Assembly (NCBI GenBank): GCA_012026655.1 | Contig: JAAILG010000900.1 | Location: 1-64,000, forward strand | Reading direction: 5' to 3' | Origin: Hydrolagus affinis | Taxonomy: Eukaryota | Length of the DNA: 64,000 nt | Part shown: one piece after another, positions 27,040-39,130 of the stretch | Layout: every line of letters starts with the position of its first letter | How positions within the stretch are numbered: the stretch's first letter is position 1 | Translations under genes and position numbers: made by a program | The notes under the pieces: generated by a model | What the model was told of the DNA's origin: nothing | What the model saw: the letters and a program-made list of their open reading frames with translations, nothing else | Databases searched by the model: none

Positions 27040-27089
27040 TCCCGACATGAAAGGCGCTATATAAGTGCGATTTTGTTGTTGTTGTTATT
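27040..27089 (+). mobile_element. Isolated L2-type 3' tail (similar ones at ~39155, 41580, 44185, 44450, 53500 and 55215)
   Basis: CCCGACATGAAAGGCGCTATATAAGTGCGATT(TTG)n. Confidence 0.7.
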
Positions 27090-29599
27090 TTTCCAATATT
27101 GCTACGGTTTATCATTTCTAATGACCTGCTTGTCACCTCCGTTTCATAACTGTGATCAAATAACAGTATGTGTTGAATTGACACAGTTCACCTTCCTGTA
27201 GAATAACATCTCCAAGGGCTTGTATTTGGTGGACACTGAACAGTGAAACAAGGTTTGAAGTTATTAACCAAATGCACAATTCAAGAGAGAGATTTTTAGT
27301 CATCTTTCCAAACTGAAATCAGATTTATGCAAATAACATTTGAAACTGTCACAATGAATCACAAATATGTACAAGAATGCCATATAATAAAATATCTAAT
27401 CTATTGTACTTATACTGCTGGAAGTGTCCACATAAGCAAACTGAGATGGTTGAATGTTACAGTGAGTAGCTTAAAGTTATTTTCTGTAAAGCATGCTGAT
27501 TGAGGATTCTAAGGCAGTGCTCTGAATAAAAAATAACCCTAAAGTACTGTGTGGCTTTGTGTGTGTTTGTATACAGATTTAGAACATGTGCAAACATCTA
27601 ATCGAACCTACAGTATTGTTTTGAAATGAAAGCTGGTATGCTTGGTGAGCGCAACAATATGCTATAGTCTATTTGTTTGCTTGTTGATGGTTTGTCTATG
27701 CTGCTTATGAGCTGGGATTGGAAATCCGATTTTATCCTCCTTTTTATTCCATTTACTAAACAAAGTACATCAGTTTACACTAGGTCATATGACAAGCAGG
27801 GCCTATCAATTAATCCGTTTTCATACTGTCTCAAAGAAAGGATAACCTCTCGGCAATGGTCCCGCTTTTTAAAGTAAATCTTTAAGCAAATGCTTACAGG
27901 CCTAATTGTACAAGTGGCAGAGTACTTGCTCCGTAACCAATTTATAGGCTAGAGCCCCAGTGGTAAACGCCACTCAAACCTGCACAAATCTTAGCTCATC
28001 CTAAAGAAATACGTTGGCAATGGTTGCTCAGTGAGGTCTGTGACCTCCAGAACCCTGGGTGGTAGAGGAATGGACGATGCATGGTGCCAATTGGCCTTTA
28101 ACTGTTTCCACTGAAATTGACGACAATAAATTTACTTTGCTAGAAGTCTGCTGGAATGTACATGTGTGTGCAGATGTTGGAAGAAGGAAAGATCAGTTCC
28201 ACTGTGATGTTCTGACAGTTCAATAGCCCTCAAGTGCCTGGAGTTAAGGCCAAAACAAAAAAAGCCCCTCGGGCAAGTGGGTGACTGGTGTATATGGTGT
28301 ACATGAACCCCAGGGAAGTCAAATGAGGGGAAGGAAAAGCATGACACAGACTATCTGATCCCTCTCCTCTTCAACAGGGAAATTGTTTCAGAATTATTTT
28401 TCTCATTATATTGTTAAAAAGTTACGCAATACACCCACTCCATTAAAAAAACAATTAACTTTAAGGTCTTTTTTTCAAAAACGGAATACAAAAAAATCCC
28501 CAAATGTTCTCCTTTGTTGTGCTTCTTGTTGAAGAGTACTGGCCTTGTGTGAGTCGATGCATTTCTTGAACACATTTCACCAGGCAGTAGTTCGGTTCTT
28601 TAGCTTAACACCCTCTTTTTACTTGGGTCAAGGATATATATGAAAGCAGAAAGGATGCTACTCAATGTGGCATACATTAGCAACGGGTACCGGACAGACT
28701 CTGAATGTATATAGTGGTTGGGTGGGGGGAAAAACGTACAGAGGTAGAGGCACAATTAAAGGGATCAGAATCTGGACCATTGTTTTGAAATGCCTGGCGT
28801 GGTCATAAAATAAAGAAAAGAAGTATGAGTTCCTCATCATTCAAACCGTATATATTTGTTCATATATAAACCGTATATATAATGTTTGCTTCTCCCTCGC
28901 CCTTTTTTAAGGTGACCAACATGTGTTGGCATCTGGGTTTCATTCTATACATGAAATGCATTAATGAAGTTATACAAACGTGAATCACATTACAAACTAA
29001 GGAAACCGAAACCATAACTTCCGAATACAAGGATTTGTTTAGTGACATTTATCATTATAATGAGATTAAGATGGACGGTGTTTGAAGTTGTTTTAAAACA
29101 ACACACATTTATTTACGAGATGTGTTGCAGTTAAAGCTTGCGCATTCAGCTTTAAGGATTGTGGCCTGGACCCGTCTTTTGAACTGCCTCTGACCCTGAA
29201 TGTATGAAGCAGAGGAAATTATAAAACGAACTAATAGGTAGGTCTGCTACATTTTCCATGCTGCCGCAGCAGAATTCAATATGTCAGCCAGTGGTGAAAA
29301 AAACTATTGTAAATAGACTATTTACTTGTTTGATGGCTGACCAGTGTAACATAATGTAGCTTAGTTCATTAACATGCTGTGTCTCGAAATGGAGAGGGCA
29401 GGTGCAGAGCTATCAAAATGGGACTGATGGGAGTGACATTTAGGAAAGACTTGTAGTCCATACAAAACATGTTTTTTCTCTCTCTCTCTTTCTCCTCTAT
29501 TTCCTGAAAGCAATGATTCTTTGTGATGTAAGGCAGCAAGAATATTGTACATATTTCAGTACCTCGGGTTTGAACATTGACTAGTCAGTCTCGGCAATG

Positions 29600-29850
29600 T
29601 TTGGTCCGTAGTGAGCATCCCATGTAAGCCTGATCTACCTCGCTCACTCTCATATGTGTATTTTCCATTAGGGGGTCACTGGATGGCAATTCTGATAAAG
29701 AGCCCTGACTTCTTTTTACCCTCCCCCTCTCTCTCTCTCTGCTTTTGACCAGTGTTATCCAACGCAATATGCAAGTTTCAGATCAGCTATCTCAGTGTAG
29801 AACAGAACCTGGGCTGTGACCTGCTGGCCTGAATGACTTGCCATTAGCTT
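29600..29850 (-). mobile_element. AmnSINE2-like SINE
   Basis: GGGGTCACTGGATGGCAAT...AGATCAGCTATCTCAGTGTAGA...AACCTGGG. Confidence 0.6.
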
Positions 29851-30118
29851 TCTGTGTTAATTTTAAAGAGTCACATTCATCAAAGCGGATCACATTTTTA
29901 GTCAAAATGAATCATTATCCGGTCCAAAGAATAGATTCTTAAACTCATCGAAACTGGCAATATATTAACTGGAAGACAGCTCTGTTAGTTTACTTTATAC
30001 AATGTAAGTAATAAGGCTGTATTATTGTCCCTAAACTCTGGTGACATGTTGCTGCAATTTTCATTACTGGGAGAAATGACAGAAAATATCCCAAGTATGA
30101 TATTGATCTTTCATTTTA

Positions 30119-30400
30119 AGAAATCGTAGAATTTTGCAGAACAGAAGGAGACCATTAAGTCCATCATCACTGAACCAGCTCTCTGAAAGTACCAACCATT
30201 TAATTTCACGGCCGGCCCTGACCTTACCCCTTATCATTTTACACTTCCTCTTTTGAATTATTTGTCTAATTTCCTTTTATGAGCTCCAACAGATTCAGCA
30301 TCAACAATTGCTTTTGGTAGGGCATTCCATGTTCTAACGTGCCCCATGCCCTAAGTGTGTATAACAAAAAAAAATCCCTAACCTCTCCTTTTTTTTAGAA
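30119..30400 (-). mobile_element. CR1 3' end
   Basis: AATCGTAGAATTTTGCAGAACAGAAGGAGACCATT...GGTAGGGCATTCCAT (the reverse complement encodes WNALP). Confidence 0.8.
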
Positions 30401-30920
30401 GGTAATCATCTTCAATTAAAGTAGATGCCATGGCACAAAATCTGAATCCAAACAGAGTACAAGAGAATCAACTTGAGATCCATTTGGATACCTTTGGCAA
30501 ATCTTGCACATAATATCCCACTGTACCTCAGCAGTTGAAGCATTTCCTTATGTAGTGCTTAGCCAAAAATGCTACCAGGGTCCAAAAACTTGATCAAGTT
30601 AGGTGATATCCTGTAGGATGGATGTTGGAGTTACAGCTTACCTTGATACTCATGGACTCAGGAGGGTAAAATCAACCGTTCCCTGCAACACAAGCTGAAA
30701 GTGCTGATGATTGGTGAGGGTCTGTAGTGCTACTCCACTACACCCATAGTCAAACATCTTGATGGCTATTACCACTTGGAGTTGGGTTAAGAATAGCCAT
30801 TTGGACAAGGTAAATAATGAATGAAAATAAATAAAATAATATTCTTTGCTTTTGGAATAGTACTTTTCAGATAAAGAGGAAATTTCAAAGTGGACTAATT
30901 GTAAAGTTAATTCACCACCC

Positions 30921-30998
30921 AATATATTCTGTAAAGCGCTTTGAGATGCCTCAACGACGTGATAAGGCGCTGAATCAAATGCAAGGATTATTATTATA
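30921..30998 (+). mobile_element. SINE-A tail
   Basis: AAGCGCTTTGAGATGCCTCAACGACGTGATAAGGCGCTGAATCAAATGCAAGG(ATT)n. Confidence 0.8.
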
Positions 30999-32353
30999 AG
31001 TTGAGTTAGCTGATCATGAAGTGAGTGATAGAGGATGGCCATTTCCCATGCGATAAACACAAATCCTTGTTCAGAAAAGGAGTGGAGAAAATCAGCAAAA
31101 CGTATGCAGTATTTTGTTAATGTTGAGAGAAACACTGGGGCCAATTTTTTCCCTCCTTGAAGTGGCAGGTGCCCATTCGGAGTCATTAATGTCTCCTCTG
31201 CGTGTACCTGTGGGTGTAGCTGCCATTCAGAGCCTGTGCTCGCACCATTCAGGAGTCTTTTTGTAAAGCCTTTTGTTGATTTCCCATGGTTACAGCTGTT
31301 GCCTACATTTGTACACACAGTACAGAGTGTCTAAGATAGATAAAGGAACGTCTCCAATTTTTACAGATTTGAAAAGAAAAGAATTTTGAACAACCTACTC
31401 TTCAGAGGTTGAGCAGCTTCCTGGGTACAATCCATGAATGTGCGATTGTACTTAGTCTATTGCAAGAAGCGAGCTCAGTGGTCTGAATGGTCTTTTTTTT
31501 CTTGCTCAAAACATTTTTTTTAATGTAATGGTTTAATTGCCAGCACTGTAGATTTAAAGAATCTGGTAATAAGATGCAATGATTTTTAAGCATTTAGAAA
31601 ATATTGCTTGTGTTGCAACCTAAAGAATCCTGGGATAGTTTACTTGCATGGAAACCTACAGTATTTTCTGAGCTGAGGAAGAGAGGAAATTCTTGTGTCA
31701 TGCGCAGCGTTAAAAGCTGTTTGTGAAACTGTGAAAAAGAGTTGATCCTTTGCAATAAATTGCATCTATTTTTAAACCATAATTGCCTAAAATGGTGGTG
31801 AACTGGCAAAGAACAGATATATGTTGTGATAAAGAGAGGAGTTAGTGAAGAACGGAGGTGTGTCAGTTTGTTTTGTCTGCTGACCAATATTACAGGAGAC
31901 TTGATTTTTATGAGTTTCTGGGGAGTGTGTGTATCTGGGTTTGAGACACTAGGATAGTGCATAGAAATGAAATCTTCACTGCGAGTTGCACTAACCTACA
32001 TAATTGGACTTATTGCTAAACAAATGCAGGAATACATGATGACACAGAGAATAAATCAATTTTATGCGGTGTCATAAGTATTGTTATACTGTACAGTATG
32101 GAACTATGTACAGGATTTGCATACTGAAATATGCTCCAGTTCCCCAATAGATTTCTATAGAATGGTAGATGTACAAGTGGCCATTGCTCATGTGTGAGGC
32201 TTAGTCAATTAATAGCAGGAGACTACTCGATTATTGCTTCTCAATCCAGCTCTGACTCACATTCACATAAGTACACGTTCTGCAGTGGTGACTGGATAGG
32301 AGTCAAGTACAGGAACCCAGCCAAATTCCTCACCACCATATCTTTTCTCAAGA

Positions 32354-32468
32354 GTAATAATAATAATAATCCTTGCATTTGATATAGCACTTTTCACGTC
32401 TTCTAGACGTCTCAAAGCACTTCACAGAATATATTGTAAAGTCAATTGACTGTATATTTGTGGATGAG
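32354..32468 (-). mobile_element. SINE-A 3' part nested in an AmnSINE2-like remnant (~32175-32560)
   Basis: (AAT)n CCTTGCATTTGATATAGCACTTTTCACGTCTTCTAGACGTCTC. Flanks GTGACTGGATAGGAGTCAAG and TGGCTGAGAT belong to the older element. Confidence 0.85.
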
Positions 32469-34739
32469 ATTGGAGTACAGTCCAATCCCCAAATGCCACC
32501 TTGGCTGAGATTGGTAAAGTTAACTCAAATCTAGGACCATCCTGGTTCCTTAGCTCATTATCACATCCTAATGTTCATGGAAGCATACACAACAGTTATG
32601 CTTGAATGGTAATGATCTGGAGTTGGAACTGCTGTGGTTGGCTGAGATCAGTCACCTTGACATAGACAAGGGACCAGCTATCCTTTTGTGTGTCGTGTTT
32701 GTGCTGTACTGTGGACTTTGTATGTAATCTTGAAGCAGCAGAGGTGCTGCCTGGAACCGAGGTGGAGAAGATCCACCATGAAATCTTTAGCTAGGTCACT
32801 ACACAGAGTGCCAGTTAGTTCTACTTATTTCCTGGATTAAAAGGGTACAAATCCATCTAAAGGAGAATTGCTTTCTAAGTACCAAAAGTACGCTGATAAC
32901 CTGACTTGGTACCCTCGGAAATGAAGCTACTGTTCCCCTTACCTCACAGGAGAGTCTTACAGGAAAAGACTGATCTCGCATAATTTTTCATACTTTATAC
33001 CAGATAGCATTAACTACCAGGAATGTCTGACACTTGAGCTATATGTAGCTCATTACTCGCATGTCGATGGCCCATCATTCGAGATTATTTTTAATGATAA
33101 ATAATTACCACTTACAAATAGCTCCTTATAAAACACAAATGTAATTACAGTACAGATGTTTTGTTTATTCTCGTCTTCCCAAAGATAACAGATTAAAAAC
33201 ACATTTGCCTTTATAATTTATAATTAAGAAATAGTCTACAGATAGCACACTGCTGTAAAAGATTAAGGTGGTTCGTCTTGGCTGCGGAAAACCAGATATG
33301 TGCCAGCAAAGGGTTAAATTATCTTTAAAATGTATTTGGTTCATTAATCATATAAAACTGTTAAAATATGTATTCAACGCAATGAAATAAATATGTTTAC
33401 ACCCAAAGATTCTGCCAGATGACTACAGGAGACTGGATGTTTAGCTGTCAGAAGTGTATTGGTGACTGAATACAGATTATCTTTCCTTCGTATCCAGACG
33501 TATCCAAAACCTAGACGAACATGACCTTCGAATTTTGTAGGAAAGTTAAAGCTCTTGAGCAGTCTGTTGGTTGTAATCCTCCATCAAAGTTAATGCTGTG
33601 CAGCAGTCAAAAACATATGCTATAGCAGATAGATCAGAGATAAGAGCTCATAGTTAGTCTGAAGGGAAGCTTTTAATCCATCATGTCTGAAGTGCTCAGT
33701 CTGTGTTCTGCTGTTTTCATGGAGCTACTATTTCAGACCTTGTGTTTTAATTCAATCTATAATCAGAGACATAATATGATACTTTCCATTGGACTAAGTG
33801 GTGAATAAGATGATCATCATAGTTAAATTAAAATTAAGGATGGTCGGTTGAGATGTGGGATCGCATTCTTGCTTTTTACGTACGTCAACCTGACTTGGAC
33901 TCTGTAAGAGCATCTCTGTCAGCTCAAAGAAAGTAATGGGAGAAAATGAATAACAGAGAAAGAGGGTAAATAAGAAAGAAATGGGTTTGGACAGAAGTAT
34001 ATTATTTCCCCAAAACAGCCCAATTTGGAGGATTTGATCTAACCAAGGTTACTGTCTAGTGCATGAACAATCTGATATGTATTTACTCTTTTAACCATTT
34101 GGTTTATCAAATAATTTTATGCACTTAGACAAATCATGATGGGATTTATTTTCTAATGTCCATCCATCTAACATTTTTATACTATATATATTATCTTTTA
34201 ACATTTCTGGTCTCATTATCTCCTTTGTTCTGAAATTAAATTCCATCACGAAAGCTGTTTCCAAGAAACTTTGCTTCTTCTTTCATCAACGCATTTCTTT
34301 ACCTTTCCACTCAACTCTTAACTTTATAAAGGCCCAAATCCTAAAACTTGTTTTCTTAAATTAGTTTTGTCCATCCGTTGGGGTCAGACACAAACTGCTC
34401 CCAAACCCTGGCCAGAACTGCAGAATTAATGTTTACTCTCCTACAGAACTGCCTCATTCACATTTTGCCTTCCAGACTTTTGCAGCTACAATAAGAAACT
34501 GAATGAAAAAATCATATTATAGAATATACTCCCATTCTAACGCAGCATGTCTGTGCAGTATTTTCTTGATATTTGAGAGTTTTACGGATTTGACAATCGC
34601 ACATATTAAAAATGAGGTAGAAACATCTAATCATTTGAATCCAAATCCTGACTGTTGCTAGCATACAATCCCAACAGTGTTGGATACTATCTATTTTTGG
34701 AGGGATATTATCTATCTTGCTATTCTACTCATATCACTG

Positions 34740-34960
34740 CAGCCAAGTCTGATCAGTGTTCACATGGTGTTCACAGATGCATATCGTTTTGGTAGGGGAC
34801 ATTGGATAGTGATCATAAACAAGCCTGTCATTAAATATGTCTGATTAGTTTCTCTCCCCCACCCCCAGCCTACGCACCAGCTGAGATGCAGTATGCAGGA
34901 TCAAACTTGGGTATTTCCCAACTTGTTAGGGTAATTGGCACATTGATGGATTATTTTACT
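34740..34960 (-). mobile_element. AmnSINE2-like remnant
   Basis: GGGGACATTGGATAGTGATCA...AGCTGAGAT...GGATCAAACTTGGG. Confidence 0.5.
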
Positions 34961-37289
34961 AACTGAATATTAATACATCTGATGATTGTTTTCCTGTTCT
35001 ACCCACAATTGAATTTATCCACAGTAAGATTGTACTCTACGCTACCCAAAGTTATGTTGCAGGATGTCATGTGGTTCTAACAATGATAGGTATTTAATAG
35101 CCAAAGAATTTAATCATCCCTGTATTTTAATGTGGATGGAGTAAATATTGTTACAGATATAAAGATAAGATATACATGTATAGAATTTAAATAAATCATT
35201 GTTTCTAAATTCATCTGACAAACATGTACCTTTTTTTGAAACAATCTTTCTTGCATATTCTTATACTTCATCTCAGCATTCTTTCAGTTACTCTGTCTTC
35301 TGCTGCAGGCCATGCACATTGCCCAGTGATGGTGTGAATTCATTACTCCTGGACTTCAAAGTTACTGAAAATGCTTTGGGCTCATTGGCAGAAAATCTTT
35401 AGATCACTCTTTGGTTCAATATTTATAGCCAACAGAAAGCAAAACATGAAGGCCACTTTAACTTGTTACTTGCTTTAAGGCAGAATCCTATCTGTTTGCT
35501 GTCGTGTGATCTCTCCTATAGTTTGCAAATCTCTGAATTTCAGAGAATGTGCTTTTTGATGAATCCATTCCTGTAAAAATGCTCAACTACAGAAAGGGGC
35601 TTGTCCTCTTTGAACCCTAGGCCACATAGCAGAATGCTTAATAAGCTTTTAATATGTCTACCTCCAATTTGTCTCCATCATGTCAATGTTTACAACATTA
35701 TTCTTGTATAGTTCATGCATCAGCAATTCCTATCAAATGAAAAGATATGGACCATAAATGTTATCATCCGTATCTAAATATAAAGAGTACATGTATAAAA
35801 TCATCTCAACTCAGAAACCAAAAATGTGTCTTCAGCAAATTATAGCACAGACCATCCAGTTGGCTTGCTTAAACTTCATATTTTTGGTAAAAAAAAATTC
35901 AGCGATTTTAAATGAGGTAAAGTAGTAAAGAAGCATTGGACATGATAAGCACATCAATGTATATTCACTTTTCCTTCCATGTGACTGCTCCTTTACTTAT
36001 TTTAGGACCATAATGCATTTTGACCTTCCAGGTTCTCTAGAAGTATTGATGTGAGTGTTGAATATGTACAATCCACACTAACCAGTTTTGTAAACTGCAT
36101 GCAAAGGCTTATCAAACAGCTTACTGAATTGGGATCTGTCATCTGAATCTTGTGAATTGTATGTGTCACATGTGTGCAAGAATTTTATTTAATGGAAACT
36201 TTTTAACATGCCTTTTCCCACAAGGCAATGATACACTTAGACTGAGAACCAGTTGTGTTTTCCTAAGTCCTTTTTCGCTGGAAATTCTTGAGACTTTCCT
36301 CAAGTCCGAATGTTTCAGTCCTGCTGGCAAATTTGTTTTAAAACAGAGCTCAGTTATTGCTGTCTTGGCTCTGGTTGATCCCCTCCCAGCCATTTGTCAA
36401 TTTTTTTTAAAAAAAGTGGAAATCAAGGAGGTTAACGAGGAACTAAGGTATAAAATAAATTTGGCATAATTTCCAAGTATGATCTTATATTAAGATGATT
36501 TAAGGTGTATGCCCTGAGGGCAGTATCAGAAAAAGTATCTAATAGACAGGACTTGCCACACTCTGCACAAAATGCCTCGTGATTGTTATTCATTGGAAAA
36601 AAATGTTGTAGGATTCAACACTGTTTAAGTTCAACAATTAATATTTTCAGGTATTAGTTGGATTTTAAGTTTGGAACCAATTAAAGAAATGCTTGCGCAA
36701 AAATGATGTTTCTGTCTTACAAACTCCTGGGAGGTGGATGGAAGGAGCGTAATCATGCGGTTTGATTTGAATTCGAGTATAGTGCAGTTCCCAGCATGTT
36801 CTGTGCTAGAACAGGGGAAAAGGAACTCATTAAGGCAATTTGGTTGCTCGCAGATAGATCACTTGTGATGTTTGATTCAAAATTCATAAAATATAGGGTT
36901 CTATCACTGGACCAAAACATTGTTGTAACAATAAAGAAAGTTTTCCAGTTAGCCTTTGGTATGATATGCTCAGAAGTTGCAGAAATGCATTACTGAAAGG
37001 CACCCGAAGAGATATGAAGATGGATGCTGAGTTGCCCATCACGCTAATAGATGCTTCAATGCTGAGATAATCTCGTATGATATGTAGGATTGAGTGGCAT
37101 TAATAATACCTTACAAAAAGCTGGTTAGAAGGATTTTTAGTGTTTGTCTTTAAAAATAATTGTGGCATACACATTTATAAAGACTGTAATTTGAAATTAC
37201 AGCTGTGACTCTTTGAGTTTATAAGAAGCCTGAAATAACAAGGTGACAAGTCCTTTATTTTATTGAAAAGAAAGCTGGCTGCTTTCAGT

Positions 37290-37303
37290 GTTACTATGGA
37301 AAC
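37290..37303. promoter_or_regulatory. Candidate RFX X-box
   Basis: GTTACTATGGAAAC matches the X-box consensus GTTNCYATGGNAAC. Motif match only. Confidence 0.35.
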
Positions 37304-38130
37304 TACCTGTATTTTTTTCTCATCAGCCTTCTGCTGAGTTCCACTATAGGGCCAGACCCAATTATCAGAAAAAAGGGAGAAAACGCTTTCAAAACTGCAC
37401 CTGTAATAGTGGAGTGTAGTGTGGGTATTGATTTGCTTTTAGACCGAACATTCTACAATGAAGGATTATTTGTGTTATAAGTAAATGACTTGCACATCGT
37501 CAATCATTTTTTTTCTTCGGTTTATTCGGCACAACGGAAAATGATTTTTTTTTAAAGTGAAGGTCAGTTTTCATCTCTGCAGCAAATAAACATTGCTGTT
37601 AATCATATTTTTTAAAAATCGGGGTAAGCGAACAGTATTTATTTTAAAAGGAATTTTGCAGCATTGTCCTTTCTCACTTTGCAATCTTTCTCCACCCCCT
37701 CCACCCCCACACCCCATCCCACCAATACCCCCATCTTCATTCTTTCCCCCCTCCTTCCTAGAACTACTTTTTTTTTAAAATGTGCCTTTCTAATCTATAC
37801 AAAAGCATGAACTAGGAAAAGGACATTTAGCCCATCTAACCCACACACTATATAACCTATCCTACCATCCTCATGATGGTGGGGTGTAGGGGTGGTTCTG
37901 AAGAAATACTCTCTGGTTTCCCCCAGATTGAACATTTCCCTCTACAGACTATGATTCTGGACCCCCACCTCAACAGCACTCAGGTTCAGTCATTTTCAGT
38001 CAATATTTTGTTTTCTGGAATTTAGTTCCTTGCATTGACTATATTCAGGTAGAGATATGTTGAGTGAGTTTCTGAACACAATAATTATTCATTTTAATAC
38101 CATGTCATCCAGTTCTGTCCAGCTCTGTCT

Positions 38131-38310
38131 TAATAATAATTATAATAACAATCCTCACATTTGATATAGTATTTTCACGTCTTTTGTAATAATAATGATA
38201 ATCCTTGCATTTGATAAAGCGCTTTTCACATCTTCTTGACTTCTCAAAGCACTTCACAAAATATACTGTAAAGTGAATAGAATGTACAGAATGTTAGTGG
38301 GCGAAATGGG
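38131..38310 (-). mobile_element. Two tandem SINE-A 3' ends
   Basis: An (AAT)n...ATTTGATA...TTTTCAC unit occurs twice, at ~38131 and ~38187. Confidence 0.8.
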
Positions 38311-38477
38311 CCCTTAAATCAAATAACCTACCTATACCCAATTGTTTAATCATCGCACTTAAAAGACATGCACCATGTTCCCACCCCATCAGTTTTTTTT
38401 CTATGAAAAATAATTTCTGTTCTCCAAAGATTTCTTAGTTTTCTTTCAATGTCACTCTTGTAAATGATCTTGTGTTA

Positions 38478-39130
38478 GCCATGCTCAAGCAATGGCACTC
38501 TTCACTTTGAGTCGGAGGTAGCGGGTTCAACTCCCCAGATCTGGACTTGGTACAGGCTGACACTCTAATGCAGTACTGGGGGTGTGTTGATTTGTTGGAA
38601 GTGCCATCCTTCAAATGAAGCATTCCTAATGTCTTGGCTAGCAAATTTTGTGGAGTCCTGCAGCTCAGTGGTTAGAGCACTCGCCTTACAAGCATGAGAC
38701 CTGTGTTCGAATCCAGACAGGTCAGGGCGAAACTTGAGCAGGTTTCCTTACTCCACATGCCTAATAATAATAATAATAATCCCCAAAATACCCACAATAA
38801 TAAAAATTGGTCATTTTAATCCACGACTGTTTATGGGACACTGCTGTGTGCAATTGGCTGCTGCAATTCACCCACAAATATACAGTCAATTCACCTTGCA
38901 GTATATTCTGTGAAGCACTTTGAGATATCCAGAAGACGTGAAAAGCGCTATATCAAATGCAAGGATTATTATATTATCATAAATAAAATTGATCATTCAC
39001 TTCACTACTGTGTGCAAATTATTGTGTTTGCCTCCAAAATACACAACCACTGCACTTTACAGTATATTGTGTGAAGAACATTAAGATGTCCTTCGAACGT
39101 AAAAGTCGTTTGTAAGGATTGTTATTTATT
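38478..39130 (+). mobile_element. SacSINE1-like element split by a SINE-A insertion
   Basis: Head GCACTCTTCACTTTGAGTCGGAGGTAGCGGGTTCAACTCCCC...GGCTGACACT before 38650; the 3' body resumes at ~38980. Confidence 0.75.
38650..38978 (+). mobile_element. SINE-A, full length
   Basis: A box CAGCTCAGTGG, B box GTTCGAATCC, tail GACGTGAAAAGCGCTATATCAAATGCAAGGATTATTA. Confidence 0.93.

Noticed and set aside
30650-31318. Longest ORF (222 aa, minus strand)
   Set aside because: It reads through an antisense SINE tail (IIIILAFD...) and has no recognisable domain, so it is probably chance.
36510-36522. TFAP2-like palindrome TGCCCTGAGGGCA
   Set aside because: A single short motif with no supporting context.
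38650-38735. tRNA gene calls at SINE heads (also 4600-4682, 8203, 43402, 60420)
   Set aside because: There is no proper acceptor stem, the anticodon differs between copies, and each is fused to the SINE body.
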